From NCBI GenBank assembly GCA_044225505.1, contig JBGAIN010000010.1, forward strand, positions 1 to 64,000: DNA of 64,000 bases, read 5' to 3'. A model generated the notes under the pieces. That model did not search any database. It saw only the letters and a program-made list of their open reading frames with translations, and had not been told where the DNA came from. Below are positions 14,910 through 22,807 of the stretch, one piece after another. Every line of letters begins with the position of its first letter. The first letter of the stretch is position 1. Source of the stretch: Limisphaerales bacterium. GTDB lineage: Bacteria; Verrucomicrobiota; Verrucomicrobiia; Limisphaerales; SIBE01. Position numbers and translations under genes: made by a program.

Positions 14910-15111
14910 GCACCGGAGAATTGTTTAAGATGCTTGCTGGGAATGGGTTGTGAAATCTTTAACCCTTGATTAGCTGGGACGAAAGGGACATAATGGCACA
15001 CTGCTACAGCCCGTGTCCCTGTATCGTGGCACACTCAAACGGGATTTGACGCACCCATTCGGCGCCCGTTTTCTTCCTCGCTCGAGGCCGGAAGTGATCC
15101 TCTCGATTCGG

Positions 15112-15161
15112 TGGTGACCCACAGGTGACCCACTGCTTAGTGGGCTGCTAGTGGGTCACGT
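15112..15161. repeat. Palindromic array of 11-bp units (GGTGACCCAC core)
   Basis: tGGTGACCCAC aGGTGACCCAC tgctta GTGGGctgcta GTGGGTCACgt. Confidence 0.75.
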
Positions 15162-15214
15162 GCGTCCAAACATCGAATCCAGGGCGGCGGAAGGAGCGAA
15201 TGGCTGGAGAATTT

Positions 15215-15492
15215 CTATGATTCAGACACTGGGGAGGGGGTTGAGCAAAGCCGCGGCTGGTCGGGCAGCCGAGCGGTGATCGAGGGGGAGGTTGGCCTTC
15301 GGACAAGTTTTTGCAGTGAGGGAGGTGAATTTGCTTGAATAGCTGTATGCGTACTATGATTCAGACACTGGGGAGGGGGTTGAGCAAAGCCGCGGCTGGT
15401 CGGGCAGCCGAGCGGTGATCGAGGGGGAGGTTGGCCTTCGGACAAGTTTTTGCAGTGAGGGAGGTGAATTTGCTTGAATAGCTGTATGCGTA
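15215..15492 (+). repeat. Exact tandem duplication (2 x 139 bp) of the IS left end
   Basis: 15215-15353 is repeated at 15354-15492; each copy begins at the first base of the TIR. Confidence 0.95.
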
Positions 15493-15511
15493 CGATGTAT
15501 AGGACATACAG

Positions 15512-15910
15512 TTGACCGCCAATCCTTCCAAATTGCGGCAGCAGCTCTGGCGATCTCACACCGCTGTCGGGCGCTTGCTGCGTCGACTCTCGCGCGCGCA
15601 GCCGATGGTTCAGGGGTCCTTCTATTTGTTGAAGCGCCGCTGCGGAAATCCGAACTGCCGTTGCGCCCGAGGCGAGTTGCATGAGGCTTGGGTGATCACA
15701 CGTAGTCAGGGAGGAAAGGGGCGAACGTTTACGGTCCCAGTGGAAGATCGAGGCCGATTGCGGCAACTCACCCAAGAGTATCGTCAGTACATCCGCGCCC
15801 GAGCGATTCTCAGCAAACGCCATGCGCAGATCCTGGCACTGGTCGATGAACTGGCTGGACAACGACTGGAGGTTTGGCCTCCAACAGAGAAGCCGGCCGC
15901 CAGTCGATAA
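15512..15910 (+). CDS. IS accessory protein, DUF6788-like
   Basis: MVQGSF...RRCGNPNCRCARGELH motif; lies directly upstream of the transposase; TTG start uncertain. Confidence 0.75.
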   Translation: MTANPSKLRQQLWRSHTAVGRLLRRLSRAQPMVQGSFYLLKRRCGNPNCRCARGELHEAWVITRSQGGKGRTFTVPVEDRGRLRQLTQEYRQYIRARAILSKRHAQILALVDELAGQRLEVWPPTEKPAASR

Positions 15911-15914
15911 GGTC

Positions 15915-17651
15915 ATGGAGTTGATCGAACATCACCAGCAAGCGGTCTTGGAAGCGTTCCGCAACGGGGAGTTTGATCAGATCGAGATTATCGGCAACGC
16001 CGACGAGAAGGAGTTCTTCGAGCTTTGTTTCCAGGAGAAGATGCTCGAAGCCTTGGCCAAAGAGATGCCGACCGCCCGGAAAAAGGAAGAGGTGCCTCTT
16101 TGGTTTCAACTGGCGGCCAATCTCAGTTTGAAGCTGCACTTGGAGAATGCCTATTCGGCTTTTGAGCGGGTGGTGCGCTGCGGAGGGCTTTTAAGTGCGC
16201 TGGATCCGTCGATCGCTTCCAAGCATCTGGACAAAGAGAGCCAGAAATGGGTGCTAGAGTGCCAGGGCTTCAACGACAAGAACCATTACGATCGCACCAC
16301 TCCTTGCCACCACGATACCTTGCGCAAGGCCGTCAAGGATGTGAAAGCCGAGCGCTGGATGGACTGGTTTAACGGCGTCGTGCAGGAGGTGTTCCAGAGC
16401 TACGGCTTTTTCGATCCGGCCGGGATCTTTATTGGCGACGGAAGTTACTTGTTTGTGCCGGACAACCCGGCCTACGAGGGCTCGGTGGTGATGTGGTTTG
16501 ACGAGCACAATCACCCCGTTAATTACGAAGAGCTCACTCCGGAGCAACGGAAGAAAGCCCATCGGGAGCGGTGTTACAAGCTGGTGAGTCTCCTGCATTT
16601 GCGCGGAGGGTCCTTCGTCTACGCCGGGATGAAGTTGGTGCCGGGCAATGCGCACGAGTGCCCCGTGCTCTATGAGATGGTCGAGCAGTTTGTGCAGCGA
16701 GTCGGCAAGGGAGTGATGAAGCTGCTGATCCTAGATCGTGGGTTTGTGGACGGGAAGAACATCAGCCGGTGCCGAACCGAGTGGGGCACCGACGTGCTCA
16801 TCCCGATGAAGAAGAAGATGGATATCTGGAAGGATGCCTGGGCGTTGGGAGAGCGAGCCGATTGGCAGACCGTGCCCTTGCCCAAACCGGAACCTAAGCA
16901 AGTTCCTGAGAACCGTCCCGAAACCATTGTTCGGCGAGAAAGCAAACGGCAGAAGACTCTGGCCGAGCGCAAAGCGCAAGAGCCACCGCCCGATCCGGCC
17001 AAGATATTGATCCGGACAGAAGTGTGCGCCATTGAGGGTTTCAACAGCTGGTCGGAATGCACCGTGCCCATCAATGTGGTGCTCAGCCGTGAGATCTACG
17101 GGGATGGCCGTCAGGACCAGTGGGCTTTGATGGACACCCGCCCGATCGGCGATCCGGTCAAATCCAGAGAGCAGTATGGCCTGCGCGTCGTCATCGAAGA
17201 GCGGCACCGAATTCTAAAGTGCTTCCACGACCTGAGTGATTTTTCCTCGCGCTGCTTCAACGTGATCGCGGCGCAAGTCGTGTTCATCCTGTTGAGTTAT
17301 ACGTTACGGCAATGGCAGCTCTGGAAACTGCAGCAGGAGAAGCTGGCCGGGAAGACGCCAGGGTTTTTGGAGCGGGAGCTCAATGCTCACTCTCAATTCG
17401 TGGTGATCTATTACGAGCATGCCTATGCGCAATTGCCGGTCGTCAGCTTCACTCGGGAATTGCTGGAGTTGCCGCCTGAAGTTCCGGCGCCTGGAGCAGA
17501 CTCTACTGAGTCCGCTGCCGCACGTGCGGGCTCCTGTTCCAAGCGGCTGATCGCTCTTCGTCCACCCACCCCTCCTACCGTTAGCTCCGCCGCGGCGACC
17601 GAACGGTTTTCCCGCAACGCCGGCCTGGCGCAAGATAAATCCCGACCCTAA
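15915..17651 (+). CDS. DDE transposase (IS4 superfamily), C-terminus probably frameshifted
   Basis: IGDGS, LILDRGF and Y..R..IEERHR.LK (YREK-like) motifs. The tail after ~17483 is low-complexity in this frame. Confidence 0.85.
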   Translation: MELIEHHQQAVLEAFRNGEFDQIEIIGNADEKEFFELCFQEKMLEALAKEMPTARKKEEVPLWFQLAANLSLKLHLENAYSAFERVVRCGGLLSALDPSIASKHLDKESQKWVLECQGFNDKNHYDRTTPCHHDTLRKAVKDVKAERWMDWFNGVVQEVFQSYGFFDPAGIFIGDGSYLFVPDNPAYEGSVVMWFDEHNHPVNYEELTPEQRKKAHRERCYKLVSLLHLRGGSFVYAGMKLVPGNAHECPVLYEMVEQFVQRVGKGVMKLLILDRGFVDGKNISRCRTEWGTDVLIPMKKKMDIWKDAWALGERADWQTVPLPKPEPKQVPENRPETIVRRESKRQKTLAERKAQEPPPDPAKILIRTEVCAIEGFNSWSECTVPINVVLSREIYGDGRQDQWALMDTRPIGDPVKSREQYGLRVVIEERHRILKCFHDLSDFSSRCFNVIAAQVVFILLSYTLRQWQLWKLQQEKLAGKTPGFLERELNAHSQFVVIYYEHAYAQLPVVSFTRELLELPPEVPAPGADSTESAAARAGSCSKRLIALRPPTPPTVSSAAATERFSRNAGLAQDKSRP

Positions 17652-17847
17652 AGAAACATGGGCTTGGGGCGCACCACCACCCTATCCAGGCACCCTCGTC
17701 TCGCGGAAATTCGTCCTGGCCGATCCTGGTGCGTAGGCGCCCCTGACCAATTTCTCTTCCCCAGTGTCTGAAGTGCAGATCAGGTCCAATGCTGCTTTCC
17801 TTTTCTTAGGAAGTCGGTATCCTGAAAAGCGAAGCACGGAAGGATCT

Positions 17848-18180
17848 ATGATCCAGGACACAATTGCGGAACTCAAAGCGCGGATCGAGAAGACCGAAGC
17901 CGTTAAGCCCGAGAGCAAAGCGGAGCTTCTCGAATTGCTAGGCACGCTGCGCGCGGAGATTGCGGCGTTGGCCGAGACGCATCGGGAAGATGCGCAAAGC
18001 ATCGCTGCCTTCACGAACGTCTCGACCCAAGAGGCGATTCGCGAACGGAAAAACCCGGAGCTGATGAAGATATCGCGGGATGGTTTGGCATCTTCCGTGA
18101 ACGAGTTTGAAAAATCGCACCCTGGCCTGGTGCAGATCGTGAACCGGATTTGCGAGACTCTAGCGAACTTAGGGATTTAG
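17848..18180 (+). CDS. Small helical protein, DUF4404-like
   Basis: MIQDTI...FEKSHPGLVQIVNRICETLANLGI C-terminal signature; GGA-rich RBS before ATG 17848. Confidence 0.75.
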   Translation: MIQDTIAELKARIEKTEAVKPESKAELLELLGTLRAEIAALAETHREDAQSIAAFTNVSTQEAIRERKNPELMKISRDGLASSVNEFEKSHPGLVQIVNRICETLANLGI

Positions 18181-18256
18181 CTGGCCTTCGATCTTATCGC
18201 GCGCTTTCGCGGCGCTGGCGCAGTAGACAATGGGTTGGCCGGGGGCGCAGGAGTGG

Positions 18257-18817
18257 TCAAATGCCTTGCGTCCCAATCTTTTGACGGAGCCACGCGCGGG
18301 CGTAGGTCCATAGCCGTTCCGCAGTTCTGACGGGCATGCCTAAAGCTGCCGCTGCTTCCTCCATCGTCATCCCCACAAAGTAGCGGAGCTTGACCAGGTC
18401 GGCCGCGGTCCGGTCTTTGGCCGCGAGGAGGTCAAGCGCCTCATCGACCGCAAGCATCTCTTCCGAAGGCGCTTGTTGGGCAAACTTGGATTCATTGAAC
18501 TCCTCGCGTTGCGCAGAAGCACCGCGTTTCAAGCTCTGCTTGCGCCGGGCCGCTTCGACGAGAATCCGGCGCATGGCCTCGGCCGCGGCGGCGAAAAAGT
18601 GAGCGCGGCCGCTAAACTGCGGACTGCCATGTTTGACCATCCTCATCCAGGCTTCGTGCACAAGGGCGGTGGCTTGGAGCGTATGGCCTTCCCGTTCCTG
18701 GGCCATTTTGTAAGCCGCGATCTTCCTGAGTTCCTCATAGACCAACGGTAAGAGTTGATCGGCCGCTTCGGCATCGCCGTTACGCGCAGCTTCGAGGATT
18801 TTGGTAACGTCGCTCAT
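18257..18817 (-). CDS. ECF sigma factor, TIGR02999 (planctomycete-type) family
   Basis: LLPLVYEELR, HTLQATALVHEAW, FFAAAAEAMRRILV, RLWTYARAWL. Confidence 0.93.
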   Translation of the reverse strand: MSDVTKILEAARNGDAEAADQLLPLVYEELRKIAAYKMAQEREGHTLQATALVHEAWMRMVKHGSPQFSGRAHFFAAAAEAMRRILVEAARRKQSLKRGASAQREEFNESKFAQQAPSEEMLAVDEALDLLAAKDRTAADLVKLRYFVGMTMEEAAAALGMPVRTAERLWTYARAWLRQKIGTQGI

Positions 18818-18925
18818 GGGAATGGGTGGACAGCTCAGGGACAGCGGCGACCGCTTTGCCGACGGAGCTGGTCGACATGCGCCCGCCGGTTGTGCCAACC
18901 GTTCTCTCGGCGTTGGTTGTCCGTA

Positions 18926-21307
18926 TCAGTCTTCGGCTTCAATCACTTTCCATTCGTGAACCCCAGCCGCCCAGCGTGGCTGGAGCTCGATTTTAAGCCT
19001 TAACGCTTTTGTCAAAATAGGATCAAAGGTGGTTTCGCACCACTGATCTTTGGAGGTCGCAAACGCTGACGGGTGCGGCACAGATTTCCAAGTGCCGTCA
19101 TCCAAATACTGGATTTCCCAGTCTTTCGGCAAGCGGCATTCGCCACGTCCGGTATCATCAAACCAATAGACTTTAGCGCCTTGGACGCGCACTGGGGAAG
19201 GCCACGTGTACTGAGCCCATTCCGAGCCGCCTTTGTGGGGCCACCAATGACACAGGGCCTCCGGCTGTTCCCCGGAAGATTTGGGCTCAACGCCATCGTT
19301 GATGCCGAATGGCTGACAGTTACCGCTCACGTAGGAGAGGGACAATTGCGCCTCTGTCTCCAAGCCTCCCGCCTTTGATGGCGCGGGCGCGACGGGCACC
19401 CAGACTTTCATCAGCCCCGCGGCGCGATTGTCCCACGCGAAGTAAGGGACCGCCGTGAACGCGACGGGCGCGGTAGACGGAGCGCGCTGGTAAAGGGTCC
19501 GATTCCACGTGGCTTGGTCCGCTGTCTCGGCGGCGCCCCGCACCACCACGAGACCACCGAGCACATTGCGGTCAAATGAAGCGGTCAACCCCGCACCTGC
19601 AGGCAAATAAAGTTGCGAGAGGGACCCGGTCTGATCGCAAGCTTCCAAACAGTAAACTAACGGGCCGCGCTGCAGCGCGACCAGTCCCCGATCCGCCTGG
19701 ACATTAGGGTTGGCCAAAACCCGCTCGACGGGCATGGGCAAATTGAGTTCTACGCTATCCCCTCGGCGCCACGTGCGGGCGATCCGCGCGTATCCCCGAT
19801 CGATCGCGAGATTTGGCACGGGTTCACCGTTGAGTGTTACGGTCGCACCGTGAGACCACCCCGGGATGCGCAAGCGCAACTCAAATTCCGTCTCCGTTTC
19901 GGGGCTTGGCTTGAGGGTGATTTTGCCGTCCCACGGGTAGTCCGTCGTCACTTGAACAGACACTTTGCGATTGCGCAATTTGACGTCGACGGAGCCCTGA
20001 ACGTAAAGGTTGACCCAGAGCGCTTGTTCGCTTGTGGCGTAAGCGTAACCTCCGAGAGAAGCGATGGTGCGAGCGGCGTTGGGCGGACAGCAAGCGCAGC
20101 CAAACCAGGAGGAACGGTGGTGCGTGCCCTGGCTTTCCAAAGGATTGACGTAGAAGAAGCGGGTTCCATCGAGAGAAACCCCTGCCAGAACGCCGTTGTA
20201 GAGGGAGCGTTCGACGACATCCACATAACGCGCGTCGCCGTAGAGCAGGGCTAGCCGATGATTCCACTGGGCCAGGGCAACAGATGCACACGTTTCCTGA
20301 TAGGCCGTCAAGTTTGGCAGATCATAGTCCGCCGTGAAGCCTTCGTTATGGGCGCTCGGACCGATCCCGCCCGTAAGATACATGTTCTTCTCGGTCGTGT
20401 TCCGCCACACCCGCTGGATCATCCGAAGCAACGCAGGATTCTCCGTCTCGGCGGCGACGTCGGTCGCACCGCTCAAGAGATAAGCCGCCCGTACGGCATG
20501 CCCTTTAATCGACCGGTGCTCCACGATGGGGACGTCGTCCTGCCAGTAGGTGCCGTCATAATGCTCGGGGTTTTCGTGGTGTTCTTCTGCAAAATAACGC
20601 CGCCCGCGGTTCTCGATAAAGAAACGCGCCAACTCGAAGTAGCGCTTTTCACCGGTCACATGCCAGAGCTTGATCAACGCCAGCTCGATCTCCGGGTGTC
20701 CAGGATACCCCATGCGCTTGCCCGGACCGAAAACTGAATCGATATGATCCGCCAGCCGGGTCGCGACTTGGAGGAAAGTCTTTTTGCCTGTTGCCTGATA
20801 ATGCGCGACGGCGCCTTCGAACAAGTGTCCGGCGCAGTAAAGTTCGTGCCAATCACGAAGGTTGGTCCAACGTTGACCGGGCGCTTTGACAATGAAATGG
20901 GTGTTCAGGTATCCGTCCGGTTGCTGGGCCGCGGCGATCTTGGCAATCAAAGTGTCAAGCTGCTGTTCCAGGTCGGGATCCGGATGCGTCGCCAACGAGT
21001 AAGAAGCGGCTTCCAATGCTTTGTAGATGTCCGAGTCCATGAAGACCGGGCCGCTGAATCCGTTCGTCTGGCCAGCCGCAGCCAACTCAAAATTGCGAAC
21101 ATTGCCAGACTTCTCCAGCATGGCCAAATTCACGGGAATGCTCGCCAACCGATTGGTCTCCTGGCGCGGACGCCAGAAGGAGTCCGTGATCTGAACCTGG
21201 GTGAAGGCAACTTCCTGCAGCTTTTGCAGGGGGGCTGGGGCAGCGGTGGCTGAATTCCCGAGCGCAAAGGTCAGGGAAAAGCCAAACGTAAGTAAGAAGT
21301 TTCGCAT
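18926..21307 (-). CDS. Secreted GH127 (beta-L-arabinofuranosidase-like) with C-terminal discoidin/CBM32-like domain
   Basis: Signal peptide, HELYCAGH, GHPEIELAL, GHAVRA, ETCAS, CACCPPN, QRGPLVYCLE. Confidence 0.9.
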   Translation of the reverse strand: MRNFLLTFGFSLTFALGNSATAAPAPLQKLQEVAFTQVQITDSFWRPRQETNRLASIPVNLAMLEKSGNVRNFELAAAGQTNGFSGPVFMDSDIYKALEAASYSLATHPDPDLEQQLDTLIAKIAAAQQPDGYLNTHFIVKAPGQRWTNLRDWHELYCAGHLFEGAVAHYQATGKKTFLQVATRLADHIDSVFGPGKRMGYPGHPEIELALIKLWHVTGEKRYFELARFFIENRGRRYFAEEHHENPEHYDGTYWQDDVPIVEHRSIKGHAVRAAYLLSGATDVAAETENPALLRMIQRVWRNTTEKNMYLTGGIGPSAHNEGFTADYDLPNLTAYQETCASVALAQWNHRLALLYGDARYVDVVERSLYNGVLAGVSLDGTRFFYVNPLESQGTHHRSSWFGCACCPPNAARTIASLGGYAYATSEQALWVNLYVQGSVDVKLRNRKVSVQVTTDYPWDGKITLKPSPETETEFELRLRIPGWSHGATVTLNGEPVPNLAIDRGYARIARTWRRGDSVELNLPMPVERVLANPNVQADRGLVALQRGPLVYCLEACDQTGSLSQLYLPAGAGLTASFDRNVLGGLVVVRGAAETADQATWNRTLYQRAPSTAPVAFTAVPYFAWDNRAAGLMKVWVPVAPAPSKAGGLETEAQLSLSYVSGNCQPFGINDGVEPKSSGEQPEALCHWWPHKGGSEWAQYTWPSPVRVQGAKVYWFDDTGRGECRLPKDWEIQYLDDGTWKSVPHPSAFATSKDQWCETTFDPILTKALRLKIELQPRWAAGVHEWKVIEAED

Positions 21308-21386
21308 AAAGCGTGGGCGTTCCAGACAGCGTAAGTCGCTCGTGGAACGGCGCCAAGTCCAGAGTTTAACCGCGGCCGAAAAAGCC

Positions 21387-21418
21387 TTGACATTCCCTGT
21401 ATGGCTGTAATCATACAG
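21387..21418 (+). promoter_or_regulatory. -35 element and YtrA-type operator upstream of gntR
   Basis: TTGACA at 21387-21392; perfect inverted repeat CTGTATG-N8-CATACAG at 21397-21418. Confidence 0.7.
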
Positions 21419-21432
21419 TCAAAGAGAATTTC

Positions 21433-21834
21433 ATGCTGAAGCCACTCCATCTCCAGATCGATCCCCACTCCGGGATCCCGGTCTATCGGCAGATGATGGA
21501 TCAAGTGAAATACTACGTCGCTTCCGGCGTGCTTCAGCCCGGAGACCAACTCCCTTCCATCCGCGAGCTCGCGCAACGCTTGTCCATTAATCCCACCACC
21601 GTGGTGAAAGCTTATAGCGAGCTGCAACATAGCGAAGTGATTGAGATGCGTCACGGCAAAGGCGTCTTTGTCACAGAACGCTCCGTGCGCATGTCCGATC
21701 GAGAGCGCGAGAAAGCTTTGCGCCGAATCGCCCGTCAATTGGCCGTGGAAGCTTCGCAAATGAAAGCGCCGCCCGAATTAGTGATCCGGATCGTCGAGGA
21801 GGAGATGGTTGATATCGCCGAAAAACCGGAGTGA
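21433..21834 (+). CDS. GntR family regulator, YtrA subfamily
   Basis: PVYRQ..LQPGDQLPSIRELA..INPTTVVKAY..GKGVFV; short C-terminal domain; followed by an ABC ATPase. Confidence 0.92.
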   Translation: MLKPLHLQIDPHSGIPVYRQMMDQVKYYVASGVLQPGDQLPSIRELAQRLSINPTTVVKAYSELQHSEVIEMRHGKGVFVTERSVRMSDREREKALRRIARQLAVEASQMKAPPELVIRIVEEEMVDIAEKPE

Positions 21835-22805
21835 ACAGCATGTCCGCTTACGCTATCGATGCGCAACAGCTTTGCAAGGGGTTCCCTGGGGGAATCCTGG
21901 CGGTGGACCATCTCGATTTGCGAGTGCGTCCCGGGAGTGTTTACGGATTGATTGGACCAAATGGGGCAGGGAAAACCACGGCCTTGCGTTTGTTGATGGG
22001 ATTGCTCCGTCCGGAGAGTGGGACCGCTCGAATTCTAGGTGAAGATTTGTGGAGGGCGCCGCATTCGGTTCGTTCTCGTGTGGTCTACATTTCGCAAACG
22101 CAGCAGATGCATGGCTGGATGACTTTGGAAGAGCTCTGCCGGTATGCGTCGCACCTCTACGAGAACTGGGACCGTGGCTATGCGCAGACTTTGACCAGGC
22201 GCTGGCAGTTAGCGACGAACCGGCAGTTGGGGAGTATGTCGACTGGAGACCAGCGAAAGGCCGCTCTGGTGCTGGCCTTTGCCTCTCGAGCGGAAGTGCT
22301 GTTGCTCGACGAGCCAGCCGCGGGGCTCGATCCGATCACGCGACGAGCTTTGGTGGATGAGATTGTTGAAACGGTCTCGCGTGGCGACGGCCATACCGTG
22401 CTGTTTTCCACGCATCTTCTGGAAGACTTGCAGCGGTTGGTCGATGGCGTTGGCATTATGAACCGAGGTCGACTGATGGTTTCGGCGCCGCTCGATGATC
22501 TGCAGAGTACGGTGAAGCGGGTCCAGGTCGTTTTCTCGGACGACTCGGTCCCGCCCGGATTTCAAATACCCGGCGCCTTGTGGACCGAGTATTCCGGTCC
22601 GGTGGTGACGGCGATGACTCGGCTGTTGCATGAAGCTCAGCTTGATGGGATCCGGCATTGGCCAGGAGCCAGGGTCCAGGTGTTCCCGCTGAGCCTTGAG
22701 GAAATATTGCTCGCCTTTTTCCGGAGTGAACCGAATCAAAACTCTTTGGACCGCCCGATAGCCAGTGGTCATTCAGCTCCTTTAAATCCTAACGCTTTTA
22801 ACTGA
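21831..22805 (+). CDS. ABC transporter ATP-binding protein (YtrB/YhcG-like)
   Basis: GPNGAGKTT, MSTGD signature, LLLDEP, STH; start overlaps the gntR stop. Confidence 0.92.
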   Translation: MNSMSAYAIDAQQLCKGFPGGILAVDHLDLRVRPGSVYGLIGPNGAGKTTALRLLMGLLRPESGTARILGEDLWRAPHSVRSRVVYISQTQQMHGWMTLEELCRYASHLYENWDRGYAQTLTRRWQLATNRQLGSMSTGDQRKAALVLAFASRAEVLLLDEPAAGLDPITRRALVDEIVETVSRGDGHTVLFSTHLLEDLQRLVDGVGIMNRGRLMVSAPLDDLQSTVKRVQVVFSDDSVPPGFQIPGALWTEYSGPVVTAMTRLLHEAQLDGIRHWPGARVQVFPLSLEEILLAFFRSEPNQNSLDRPIASGHSAPLNPNAFN

Positions 22806-22807
22806 AC

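Larger units (their letters stand above)
15215..17778 (+). mobile_element. Two-ORF insertion sequence (IS4-like DDE transposase plus small Cys-rich accessory gene)
   Basis: Terminal inverted repeats CTatgaTTCAGACACTGGGGA (15215 and 15354) versus TCCCCAGTGTCTGAAgtgcAG (17758-17778). No obvious target-site duplication. Confidence 0.88.

Noticed and set aside
14864..15040. CIRCE operator and extended dnaK start at 15034
   Set aside because: No CIRCE consensus is present; the DnaK family sequence begins at [10 protein letters not shown] (14863).
15215..15916. 233-aa minus-strand ORF
   Set aside because: Runs through the duplicated IS end and opposite the motif-bearing accessory gene; no recognisable features.
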